DNA of 64,000 nt from Chiloscyllium plagiosum (lineage: Eukaryota): NCBI RefSeq assembly GCF_004010195.1, contig NC_057719.1:29978423-30042422 (forward strand). The letters run 5' to 3'. The notes under the pieces are model-generated. The model saw only the letters and a program-made list of their open reading frames with translations. It did not search any database and was not told where the DNA came from. A program made the translations under genes and the position numbers. Positions 52,901 through 64,000 of the stretch are shown here, piece by piece (position 1 is the first letter of the stretch; each line of letters opens with the position of its first letter).

Positions 52901-53465
52901 GGGGCATTTAAACAGTCCTTGGATAAGCATATGGATAATGATGGAATAATGTAGGGGGACGGGCTTAGATTAGTTCATAGGTCGGCGCAATATCGAGGGC
53001 TGACAAGCCTGTTCTGTGCTGTATTGTTCTATGTTCTATATATATATATCTATAAAAAACTTTAGCCTTTTCCCCAACTATCCGCCAACAACTTCTCATG
53101 TCCCCTCCTTGCTCGTCTTAGCTCTCTCTTTAGGTCCTTCCTGGCCACCTTGTTCCTCTCAATCACCCTAACTGAGCTTCACATCTCATCCTAACTTAAG
53201 CCTTCTTCTTGCTCTTGACAAGAGATTCAACTCCTTTGTAAACCATGGCTCCTGCACTCAACAACTTCCTCCCTGTCTGACGGTACATACTTATCAAAGA
53301 CACACAGTAGCTGTTCCTTGAATAAGCTCCACATTTCTATTGTGCCCATCCCCTGCAGTTTCCTTCCCCATCCTTTGGATCCTAAATCTTGTCTAATCGC
53401 ATCTAATTGCCTTTCCCCAGCTTTATCTTTTGCCCTCCGGTATATACCTATCCCTTTCCATTGCT
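49982..53465 (-). mobile_element. CR1 LINE (second subfamily), split by a nested CR1
   Basis: RT motifs in ORFs 50469-50834, 51009-51497 and 51540-51734; the sequence resumes at ~53050 (aacttctcatgtcccctcc) after the nested copy. Confidence 0.9.
51746..53040 (+). mobile_element. 5'-truncated CR1 nested in opposite orientation
   Basis: [26 protein letters not shown] and KFADDTK on +; tail tgttctatgttctat at ~53025-53039. Confidence 0.92.
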
Positions 53466-54130
53466 AAATTAGTTCAGTGAGAAGAGTCAGTGTATTTTAT
53501 TGCATGATATAATCTGACAAGAATAATAAATTATTGTTGTACTTAGGCATAGCCACTATGAAATTCATAAGATTTTCTTACCTATGTTCTGGGCAGTAAA
53601 TAATCTGTAAATTCTTGTAGCAGCTAGATCTATACACCGTTTTCTTTGAACTGCATTTCAGTAGTGTAAATATAATTTAGTACCATTTTCGGGCACTCAG
53701 TTTTAATATGGTGAAGTTGTGATAGGGTTGTATCACAACCCAGGTGCACGCTAGGAAATGATAGAAGAGCCATCCATTTTCTGTTGTGTGGTACTGATCA
53801 CAGTTGGCGCTGTGATAGCTGCATGTGTTAAGAATGCTGTTTGCAGAATCATGTCTGGTAATGATCAGATCCAACTGGTGTCAGTGCCCTGATATTGGAT
53901 GTCTGCAGGACACTTTGTGTCATGGTTTACATAGAAAGAAGGCAATAATTACACAAAGCTTGTGGTAGCAACAAACTCCAGTATTCCTGTCCATTCTCAA
54001 CCTGTCTGCAAGGCTGTCTATGCTCACTGTCCTGTTGAACTGTTGTGACAATAAAGAGGTTCTGACTTAGGGAAACGCAAACTGAATGTCCCAAATTGGT
54101 AGGAGTAGGCAATTCAGCCCTTTATGCCTG

Positions 54131-54218
54131 TCCTCGGATGCTGCCTGAATTGCTGTGCTCTTCCAGCACCACTAATCCAGAATCTGGTTTCCAGCATCTG
54201 CAGTCATTGTTTTTACCA
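54131..54218 (+). mobile_element. PLE terminal-repeat fragment
   Basis: cctcggatgctgcctgaattgctgtgctcttccagca...cagcatctgcagtc; TSD cctttatgc(c/t)tg at 54119-54130 and 54219-54230. Confidence 0.75.
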
Positions 54219-54334
54219 CCTTTATGCTTGTTTCACCATTCAAGCTGATTGCTGCAGATTATCCAACTCAGTGCCCTATTCCTGCTCTCGCCCCATACCA
54301 TTTGATCCTTAAGAACCATATCTAAATTTATTTG

Positions 54335-55350
54335 AACAATATATGTGGATAGGAGGCATGATTAGTGAGATTGAGGACGACACCAAAATGTGATATAGGT
54401 ATAGTGGACAGTGAAGAAGGTGATCTAAGAGTGCAGCTTGATCAACTGGGCCAGTGGATGAGGAATGGCAGATGGAGTTTGATTTAGATTGATGCAAGTG
54501 TTGTATTTTGGTAAGACAAACGAGGTAAGACTGATATAGTTAATGAGTCAAGATGTTTCAGACAATGAAGGGCTGAAGGAATGAAGGGCTTTTGCCTGAA
54601 ATGTCGATTTTTCCTGCTCCTCGGATGCTGCCTGACCTGTTGTGCTTTTCCAGCACCACTCTAATCTTGACTCTGATCTCCAGCATCTACAGTCCTCACT
54701 TTTGCTTTTACACAGTTAATGATACTGGGGAGTGTTGTCGAACAGAGACATAGGGGTGCAAGTACATTATACATAGAAAATGGCATCACAGATAGAGTGA
54801 TGAAGAAGGCATTTGGCATGCTTTCCTTCATCGGTCAGAGCATTCAGTACAGGAGTTGGGGCATCATGTTACGGCTGTACAAGACATTGGTACGGCTACA
54901 TGTGGAGTACTGCGTACAATTCTGGTCGCTGTACTATGGGATGGATGTTAAACTGGAAAGGGTGCAAAAAGATTGACAAGGATGTTACTGAGACTGGAGA
55001 GTTTGAGTTTTGAGAAGAGGCTGAATAGGCTTGAACTTTTATTCCTGGAGCATAAGAGGCTGAGAGGTGACTTTATAGATGTTTATAAAATCAAGACAGG
55101 CATTGATAAAATGGATAGCCAAGGTCTTTTCCCCATGGTAGGGGAGTCCAAAATTAGAGGGCATAGGTTTAAGGTGAGAGAGGCAACATTTAAAAGAGAC
55201 CTGAGGGTCAACCTTTTCATACAGAGGGTGGTGTGTATATGGAACAAGCTGCCAGAGGAAGTGGTGGAGGTGCAATATCTAAAAGACACTTGAACAGTCA
55301 CATGGATAGGAACGGTTTCGAGGGATATGGGCCAAATGCAGGAATATGGA
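54335..55350 (+). mobile_element. Older CR1 RT/3' fragment with nested PLE fragment (~54550-54707)
   Basis: LYKTLVRLHVEYCVQFWS and RLRGDFIDVYKI. The nested piece has atgaagggcttttgcctgaaatgtc (decayed hammerhead) and is flanked by repeats of agttaatga. Confidence 0.85.
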
Positions 55351-55589
55351 ATTAATTCAGTTTCTCTCTCTCTATCTGCTTGGCAATACAAGGTCACCAA
55401 CTCACCAGTCCTGGTGCATATTAGTTCCATTAGTATGCAATGCATGTATTGATTTCTGTATCAAGTGACAGATCAATAAGATGGTTGCTGATGATTATAG
55501 AGCCTGGATATCTTCAGCAATCAATAATCTCTTGTGTCACGTTATCATGCATTTATTGCAAAAATCATTAATGGCTACATAACTCGCCC

Positions 55590-55900
55590 CCATTCAGATG
55601 GATGGATGATGGCCATGTACCCAATGTCCTTCCATACGGTGAACTGGCCTCGAGGTTATGACCTCTTGGGCATTCTGCCAGCAATGTCGGATGATTGACA
55701 TTGAAATCTGGGAGACAGTCACTGATGGCTGAGACCTCCTAGAGGCTGACTGTTTGTTTGGAAAGATGTTAGAAAGGAAGAACAAAAACTGAAAATCTCA
55801 GTTGGAGAAGGCCCAAGGTACAGAGGCAAGTGAATGACAGTATGTCCACTGTTTTACTGTACAGCAGATGTGTCAGAGTTTACCATAGTAGATTGGGGTT
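55590..55900 (+). mobile_element. RTE-clade LINE 3' fragment
   Basis: From 55602 it reads MDDGHVPNVLPYGELAS, later IDIEIWETV, matching RTE RM.D.R.PK.LLYGEL and ID...WE motifs. Confidence 0.6.
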
Positions 55901-56496
55901 CCTATGCCACACTAGGTAATATTTTAACACAAAGTTGACTAGCACAGTAAAACTACCATCTTATGAAACAGTGTGGATTGACAAAAGGGATATCCTTTGA
56001 AAGTAAAAATTACTATGAAATATATTGAAATAATTATTTCATTGCTCGAATGCAGATGTATTGAACTGCTGAAATAGTTTAATTTTTTATTTCTTCAAAT
56101 TTAATAATACAATTATGTTTTTAAAACCTACTATATGCAATATTGTATATCTATGATCTGACTTGCCCAGTAGCTCCATCAACTGGGATCATGACACTGC
56201 CCAAAGTGTATACTATGTGACTGGCTATGGAAGCTATGAGGTGGGTGAAGTGAGGGGAATGGAGAAAAATAGGGTACATGGAAGATGGGTAGAAGTTAGG
56301 AATTTGAGAGCCTGACATTCATCACTACCACTGAGCCACTGTCCCAGTAAATTGAGGCAGGTGTTCAAGCTGGCCGCGCAATCCACCCTATTGCATTGCT
56401 ATCTCAGCTGTACCTACAGAAGCATTGGAACAACTCTAATCTGCCCTGCTTCCCCTGGAATGAGAATATAGTGGTTGGGAGCCCTTTTAAAGAATA

Positions 56497-56705
56497 TTGA
56501 AAGTCACATGACATCAGGTTATAGTCCAGCAGATTTAGTTTAAATCACAAGTTTTTGGCCTACTGTTCCTTCGTTGGGGAAGTCACCTAATGAAGGAGTA
56601 ACACTCCAAAAGCTTGTGATTTTAAATAAACCCATTGGACTCCAACCTGATATCATGTGACTTCTGGCTTTGTCCACCCCAGTCCAACACTGCCATCTCC
56701 ACATC
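56497..56705. mobile_element. Palindromic PLE-derived insertion (second PLE family), degenerate
   Basis: TSD ttaaagaata at 56487-56496 and 56706-56715; inverted arms aagtcacatgacatcaggtt / aacctgatatcatgtgactt; decayed hammerhead CTAATGA-A-GGAG-taaca-CTCC-AAAAGCTT at 56587-56615. Confidence 0.75.
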
Positions 56706-57271
56706 TTAAAGAATAATGGTCCATTAGTCAGGACGTAACTGACCCAATCTTCCTGACTTTTCCATGAAAGTCCAGTACTTATGTCTGTTTACCGATCATC
56801 ACAATGTCCATTTTGTTTAAAGATGTGTAGGTAACCAAGCAATTTGGATAGCTAAATGGCTGCCAAAATACACCAACTACTTTTTGCCATGTTTTGGAAA
56901 TAAAGCACTAGAAAGGAAGTTAGTGGATTATTGGCAGATTTTCTCTTGTTATTTCGAGGCTGTAAGAGGGCTTTATAAAGATACGTTACATAAAACGATA
57001 AAGGTATAGAATAAGCTTAATAGATTTGCTCAGTTATCACTTCTGCTGAGGCCCCAGGAGTTCCGACCTGAATTGCTTTAATAGAACTGAATGTTACGAT
57101 TTGGCTGTTTTAAGTCTGATTGCATAGTGTGCCTGATTCAGTTTCTCGAGAGTGCTAACAAAGACTAAGGAAGCAGAGCAGGATGGGCCCGTGGGATTGT
57201 TATATTTGAGCTAATGGCTCATGGATTCAGTAATGTTAATGCTTCTCATGGGGAAACCATTGGAAAGTTGT

Positions 57272-58095
57272 TCATAAGATATAGGAGCAGAATTAGGCCA
57301 TTCGAACCATTGAGTCAGCTCCAGAATCTGATCATGACTGATATGCTCCTCACCCTCATTTTCCTCCCTTCTGAACATATCCCTTCAACCCATTACCAAT
57401 TAAAAATCTGTCTAATTCTTCCTTAAATTTACTCACTGTCCCAGCATTCACTGCACTTTGGGATAGTGAGCTCTACAAATTCACAACCGTTTGAGAGAAG
57501 TAGTTTCTCCTTAACTCTGTTTTAAATTTGCTACCCTTATCCTAAGACTATGATCTCTTGTCCTAGATTGCCCACAAGAGGAAGCATCCTCTCCATATAT
57601 ATTTTATCCATTCCTTTTATCATCGTGAATACCTCAATTTGATCTCTCCTCATTCTTCTAAATCCCAGAGTATAGGCCTAAACTTTTCAATCTCTCTTCA
57701 TACAAGAAACCCTCCATCTCTTGGATCAATTTAGTGAACCTCCTCTGAACTGCCTCCCATTACATCTTTCCTCAAATAGGGGACCAAAACTGTGCACAAT
57801 AGTTCAGGTCCGGTCTCACCAATACCTTGTATAGTTGCAACAATACTCCCTTACTTTTATATTTTATCCCCTTAGCTAGAAATTCTAATAATCCATTCAC
57901 TTCCTTTATTAACTGCTGTACCTGCATGCTAGTTGTCTGTGACTCATGAAAGAGTACACTTAGATCCCTTTGCATTGGAACATCCGGGGTGTCTCCCGGT
58001 TAAGATAATAGATCGCCTTCCCATTTTTTTTCGACCCAAGTGCATGACCTCGCAATTATCCACGTTAAACTTGATTTGTCACATTTTGGTCCATT
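57272..58095 (-). mobile_element. Old CR1 3' fragment
   Basis: QRDLSVL...LYKVLVRPDLNYCAQFWSP; tail cataagatataggagcagaattaggccattcg. Confidence 0.85.
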
Positions 58096-58732
58096 TCAGA
58101 TCAGATAAAACCTATGTAGTTATGAGGGCAGACCAGTATGGATTTGGGAAAAATAGACCTTAAACAGGTCAATAAGGTAGGAACTTTGAGAAAATGACCA
58201 ATAGATTGGACAATGGTCCTCTTGTTGACACTGTATATCTTGTTTTCCAGAAAACAAAGTGCACATTAGGAGCCTATTGAATGAAATGTCATTAATTGAA
58301 GTGAAACTGAATGGGCCAGGGCTGAATGAAACTTCATAAGGCTCCGTGTTTGGGCTGTCACTGCTTTGTGTTTTCATTAATTATTTAGATTAGGAGATAA
58401 ATTGAGTCAATGTTAATTTCACAGGCAGCATAATTATGTTCAGATTAATAATTTAGAAAATGTTGACAGGTTGCAGAGTAATCTAAACAAATTGAGTGAT
58501 TGTCCATTTGTAGCAGATGTCCTTTACTGAAAACATAGGTACCAATGTTTTAGGAATGTTTATACCATTGTAAGAGTGTCTGTTAAGGGTAGTGGATTAA
58601 GAAAAAGATGTTGGACTAGTTGATGACTTCTCATTAACAAGGGACAAATTATATGGCTACAGAGAAAGCCACTAAAATTTTTAGAAATAGTCAGTGTTTA
58701 ATACAATAAAGCATGGTTTAGAGTATACAAGG

Positions 58733-60367
58733 AGAAAGTGAGGTCTGCAGATGCTGGAGATCAAAATTGAAACTTTATTGCTGGAACAGCACAGCAGGTC
58801 AGGCAGCATCCAGGGAACAGGAGATTCGACGCTCCGGGCACAGGCCCTTCTTCAGGAATGAGAGGCAGAGAGCTTCTTCAAGGAAGGCATCCTTGTAAGA
58901 GGATTCGCAGTAGGTTGAAATCTTCGAGGAGAAAGTGAGATCTGCAGATGCTGGAGATCAAAGTTGAAACTTTATTGCTGGAACAGCACAGCAGGTCAGG
59001 CAGCATCCAGGGAACAGGAGATTCGACGCTTCGNNNNNNNNNNNNNNNNNNNNNNNNNNNNNNNNNNNNNNNNNNNNNNNNNNNNNNNNNNNNNNNNNNN
59101 NNNNNNNNNNNNNNNNNNNNNNNNNNNNNNNNNNNNNNNNNNNNNNNNNNNNNNNNNNNNNNNNNNNNNNNNNNNNNNNNNNNNNNNNNNNNNNNNNNNN
59201 NNNNNNNNNNNNNNNNNNNNNNNNNNNNNNNNNNNNNNNNNNNNNNNNNNNNNNNNNNNNNNNNNNNNNNNNNNNNNNNNNNNNNNNNNNNNNNNNNNNN
59301 NNNNNNNNNNNNNNNNNNNNNNNNNNNNNNNNNNNNNNNNNNNNNNNNNNNNNNNNNNNNNNNNNNNNNNNNNNNNNNNNNNNNNNNNNNNNNNNNNNNN
59401 NNNNNNNNNNNNNNNNNNNNNNNNNNNNNNNNNNNNNNNNNNNNNNNNNNNNNNNNNNNNNNNNNNNNNNNNNNNNNNNNNNNNNNNNNNNNNNNNNNNN
59501 NNNNNNNNNNNNNNNNNNNNNNNNNNNNNNNNNNNNNNNNNNNNNNNNNNNNNNNNNNNNNNNNNNNNNNNNNNNNNNNNNNNNNNNNNNNNNNNNNNNN
59601 NNNNNNNNNNNNNNNNNNNNNNNNNNNNNNNNNNNNNNNNNNNNNNNNNNNNNNNNNNNNNNNNNNNNNNNNNNNNNNNNNNNNNNNNNNNNNNNNNNNN
59701 NNNNNNNNNNNNNNNNNNNNNNNNNNNNNNNNNNNNNNNNNNNNNNNNNNNNNNNNNNNNNNNNNNNNNNNNNNNNNNNNNNNNNNNNNNNNNNNNNNNN
59801 NNNNNNNNNNNNNNNNNNNNNNNNNNNNNNNNNNNNNNNNNNNNNNNNNNNNNNNNNNNNNNNNNNNNNNNNNNNNNNNNNNNNNNNNNNNNNNNNNACC
59901 ACCAGCAAGGACCTCAGCTACCGAATGGTCTTTAAAACTGCGTTTTCCTCAGTGTTGAGCGAAAACTCCCATGACTCCAAAGTGTTTGGGATATGGGAGT
60001 GATTCAAACCTCCTAAAATCAGCAAGTTACAGATTGTAAATCAAAACCCTACACAGCAGAAACAGGACCTCATCTGGTCCCTCAAGTGAACCTGTTCCTG
60101 CACTGTGATTGGCCACCTTTCTCCAAACCCTACTCGTCACTATGATTTGATCTCTCCCTGCCTCCTCAATCTCCCCACACCTTGACCTCTTTCCACCTAT
60201 CACATTTCCAACTCCCCTCCTCCAAGTCCCTCCTCCCTACCTTTTATCTTCTCCTGCTGAACACTCTCTGCTCATTCCTGAAGAAGGGCCTGCGCCCAAA
60301 ACGTCGAATCTCCTGTTCCCTGGATGCTGCCTGACCTGCTGTGCTGTTCCAGCAATAAAGTTTCAAC
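58733..60367. mobile_element. Young Penelope-like insertion with tandem and inverted terminal repeats, spanning an assembly gap
   Basis: 15-bp TSD ttagagtatacaagg at 58718-58732 and 60368-60382; two direct repeat copies (~58731-58860, 58928-59033) and one inverted copy (~60271-60369); hammerhead-like motifs at 58828-58855 (-) and 60278-60305 (+). Confidence 0.85.
59034..59897. other. Assembly gap (N run)
   Basis: 864 consecutive N. Confidence 1.
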
Positions 60368-62579
60368 TTAGAGTATACAAGGCCTTGGAACATTCTCACA
60401 CAAAATGCAATGTCCTGTTGTAGGCCTCGAATGATCTTCAGATGGAAAATTAGACTGAGGCCAGTATACTTTGTCAGGTCAATTCAAATGATCGCATATG
60501 TCTGTTCAAGTAAAAGTGGAGATCTTCCCTAATATTTAATCTTCATACAATTTCAGATTGACAGATAATATATTCATTATCTCGTTATTGTTGTGGGACT
60601 TTGTTTGCTATACATTGACTACCATATTTTCTACATCACAACAGTGACAATAGTTTTGATTCTCTGAGCTACAGGATAACTGTGAGGATCAGTGTTCAGT
60701 GGCAACTAATTTGCTACCCCAACCCCAAGAAAGCTTGCTGAATCATGAGTCAATCAGCATGTTAGGATCTCACTTTATAAATCTAAAACCAGAATTTATA
60801 ATTATTCATTTTGTCCTTTACTAACCAAGACTGTGCGACACCTGTGACTGTATTTACCTGCCATTGCCTTGAAATCTGGGTTGTAGTTTGAATCTGCCAA
60901 TCGTATACATCTGATCAATTGGCTAATTGTGAGGTGGATGTGATTCTTGATCTTGATCATCTTCATTTGGTAGAAAGATATCTCTCAGAGGTATGAAGAG
61001 CCAAAGTAAGCTTTCAGTTTAAAAGCACAAGATGATGAGTACTTTTTCCGTTTATGAATCCTCAAAAATTGCTGTCCCTTGATCTAACTTTCAGCTGACA
61101 TTATTTGTTTTTGATTTTTTTCTACTATTTTTTCTGGACTTGGGAAGTGTTGCAACATTTTGTTTTTTAATTGGAAGGACCATAGACTGAGTTTCAATTT
61201 AAATGCATTCCCATCACTGATCATACATTTTTGTTCCTTCCCTGCAGTTCAGAGTTCAGCTCATTCAGAGTAGAGTGTCAGATTTTGCAGCAAAATCCAG
61301 AAGTTGCAAGTGAAGCTAAACTACATGTAACACTTTATTCTGCAACCTGCCTTCCTTTCTCATCCCTTTTTAGATCACTCTGTAGATTATTCAGCTCCTT
61401 AGAAAATAATCTCCAATTACTTTATTATTCTAAACCAAATTTCAGGAAGAATGTTCAGTGTTATATTATTTAATTTAAATATTTACATTCTATAATAACA
61501 TTTTTAGTAACTTAGTTTCTAATGGGCTGGGACATATCATTGTATTTAATGCACTGCATTCAAGTATAAATTGTCAAAGTTTTTTATTCTTCAGGGCTCA
61601 GAATTTAAAGATCTGTGCGAAGACATCCTTATGGAAATGAATTGCTTTGTGTCTCTCTGTATAACTTAGAACCAAATAAATCAAAAGCGTTCTGAACCTT
61701 ATGAAATACAACAACGTTCTTTTAAGAACAAGGATATTTAAACTCTTCAATATTCCAAACATGGTATTAATCAGTGAGTTATATTGGGTTAAATAATTTA
61801 ATTTGGTTAAATGCTATTCAGCATTCAGCTATTAAACTTTGTTGAAAACATTGTCATTCTGATTATGCTATCAGTGCTTAATTAATAATTACATGCAAAT
61901 ATTATTTCATTTTCAATTTCCACATGACACCTAATATTTTTATATTTTGTTACCTGTTCAAAAGCTTTCAGCCTTTCCTTAATTCCTTAATGTGATCAGT
62001 TGGCTTATGTTCTTTGAAGCTGATCAAGTTTCTTGTATGCATATATTGCAATTTTTAAAAATACTTGAACAAGGTAGACAATATATCTAGAATAGCTACC
62101 TCATACCACACAACTGGTTTTTGCCTATTTTAAGTCTTCAAACACTCTGGGTTTTATTATTCAATTAACTTACTCACATGTAGAATTTATGAAATGCCAT
62201 TAGCAGCATGGTTTTACATGCTTGTTAATTGTGTTTTTGTTTGTAATACTTTACTTGGAGAAGGTAATTATTTTCCTATTTAATTGCTACATTGTAGTAC
62301 ACTATTGGAATTTTAATTTAGTTTGTCATAATGTATTGAGTTATAAATTATTAGCTTCATCGTTCAAGTTATTCCTGTATGCAAACCAGTTAAAATGTCT
62401 TGTAAGTATAATTTCATGTTGATATTGGTCCATTTTTCTCCATGTTTCTTTCACAGGTGTAATTTGTAATGTGGATATTTGTATATTCTGATGAATTTTC
62501 TACTGGTTGGAATAGGGCGAGGTAAAGAAAACCAGGCCAATGAAGCATTCAAATAATTTTACCATGCTCATCCCATTTT

Positions 62580-63715
62580 AAGAACATATGAACATCTGAA
62601 TTAGGAGCAGAAATGGGCCATTTGGACCATCAAGCCTGTTTACCATGCAATATGATTATGGTCTGATCTGTTTGTGTTTCAATGTTCATGTTCCCATGTA
62701 TCCCTGATAACTTTTGATTACTTTGTGTAGCAAGAATCTATATCCCTCCCCTTCAAAATATTCAATGACCGTGCCTCCAGTGACTTCCATGGCAGGGATT
62801 CCAAAGCCACACAAACCTAGGAGAGAAAATTTATTCTCCTCATCTCTGTTCTAAAAGGACAATACCTAATTTTAAACAATAGGTTTGGACTTGTCCACAA
62901 AAGGAGCCATCTTTTCCATCTCCATGTTGCCAGGCCTTTCAAATAGGAACAAGCCCAGTCTGTCCAACCTTTCCTCATAGGACAACCAACTCATTCAGCT
63001 ATCAATATAGTAAACCTCTTTTGAACCATGTGCAATGCATTTAAATCCTCCCATCAGTATCCTTACTATTATGTTCAATACCTCTCATACCAAAGGATAG
63101 CATTCCATTAGTCATCTGAATTACTTGTTGTACTTGCATATTGATATCTTATAGCTTCATACAATGGGTCACCAAGAACCCTTTGCACCTTGAAATTCTG
63201 CACCTATTGAAGTAACACTCTGCTTTTTTTTCTTTCATCCTGCCAAAGTGAGCAACTTCACATTTTCCCATACTACACTCCATCTGCTGGATATTTGCCC
63301 AATCGTCTAATCTATCTGTATCCACCTGCAACTGCATTGTGTCCTCTTTACAACATGCTTTCTTACCTATCATTGTGTGATCTTCCAATATAGCTACAAT
63401 GCTTTCACTCCCTCACCAAAGTAATTGATACAAATAGTAAAAAAAACTGGCATCCCAGAACAGACACCTTGCAGGACTTCACTTGTCACAACCTACAAAT
63501 CACCATTTATACATTCACGTTGTCCTCTACAAGCCAGCCAATCTTCTATCTGTACCACCTCCATATTATAATTTCCTATTTTGTGCAATACATTTTACAT
63601 GGCACCTTGTCAAATGTCTTTTGAAAATCCATGTACGATACATCTACAGGATCCCCCTTTTTCCACAGTGCATGTTATTGTTTCATGAACTCCAATAAGT
63701 TGGTTAAACATAAAC
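62580..63715 (-). mobile_element. Old CR1 RT/3' fragment just upstream of the RTN1 exon
   Basis: LQVDTDRLDDWANIQQMECSMGKCEVAHFGR; the minus strand has MDFQKTFDKVP; CR1 tail at ~62580. Confidence 0.85.
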
Positions 63716-63805
63716 TCTTCCTTTTACTTTCCAGAAGCACTCATTATTCATATTAATTGATCTTGTTGTAGCAGATTTATCTTATTCTTTCTTCTTTCTC
63801 CTCAG

Positions 63806-64000
63806 TTATTGACCTGCTGTACTGGCGTGACATCAAGCAGACAGGAATTGTCTTTGGAAGTGTGCTTCTTCTGTTGTTTTCACTCACCCAGTTCAGCGTT
63901 GTGAGTGTCATAGCTTACCTGGCACTTGCTGCACTCTCTGCTACAATCAGCTTCAGAATTTATAAATCAGTGTTACAGGCTGTGCAGAAGACTGATGAAG
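63806..64000 (+). CDS. RTN1: Reticulon-1, first reticulon-homology-domain exon (continues past window end)
   Basis: A pyrimidine tract (cttattctttcttctttctcct) and CAG end at 63805. The exon then reads (V)[64 protein letters not shown]. The [21 protein letters not shown] and QKTDE motifs fit RTN1 better than RTN3 or RTN4. Confidence 0.97.

Larger units (their letters stand above)
23773..63805 (+). other. RTN1: RTN1 intron (GT-AG, phase 1, 40,033 nt as assembled)
   Basis: GT at 23773-23774 and AG at 63804-63805; the in-frame join of the two exons gives a canonical RTN1-C protein start. Confidence 0.88.

Noticed and set aside
58948..59958. Three ORFs longer than 300 aa
   Set aside because: Artefacts of the N gap (poly-X).

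Overview
This is eukaryotic, repeat-rich vertebrate DNA. It is most likely a cartilaginous fish (shark), inferred from the HE1/V-SINE-type SINEs and the dense CR1 and Penelope content. The host gene is reticulon-1 (RTN1) on the + strand, which the ORF track misses. A short first coding exon at 23712-23772 (MQTSADSAKMECLWSCWKNH, matching the RTN1-C N-terminus, with a TATA box about 70 nt upstream) splices in phase 1 across a 40 kb intron. It joins the first reticulon-homology-domain exon at 63806->64000 ([19 protein letters not shown]...AVQKTDE). The rest is intronic or upstream DNA: decayed CR1 LINEs, Rex1/Babar and RTE fragments, tRNA-derived SINEs, a decayed Gypsy LTR element, a Tc/mariner-type MITE and an assembly gap (59034-59897). 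The most unusual signals are: (1) many short Penelope-like insertions with 10-16 bp target duplications, often palindromic, that carry a minimal hammerhead-ribozyme motif (one intact core at 35774-35801 overlaps a perfect 82-bp hairpin); (2) a head-to-tail array of ~230-bp poly(A)-tailed, double-hairpin units stacked at one site in a Gypsy LTR; (3) an unclassified 140-bp inverted repeat; (4) an overlapping upstream ORF and a candidate extra first exon for RTN1. There are no prokaryotic systems or CRISPR arrays. TE boundaries were read by eye and are approximate unless a TSD is quoted.
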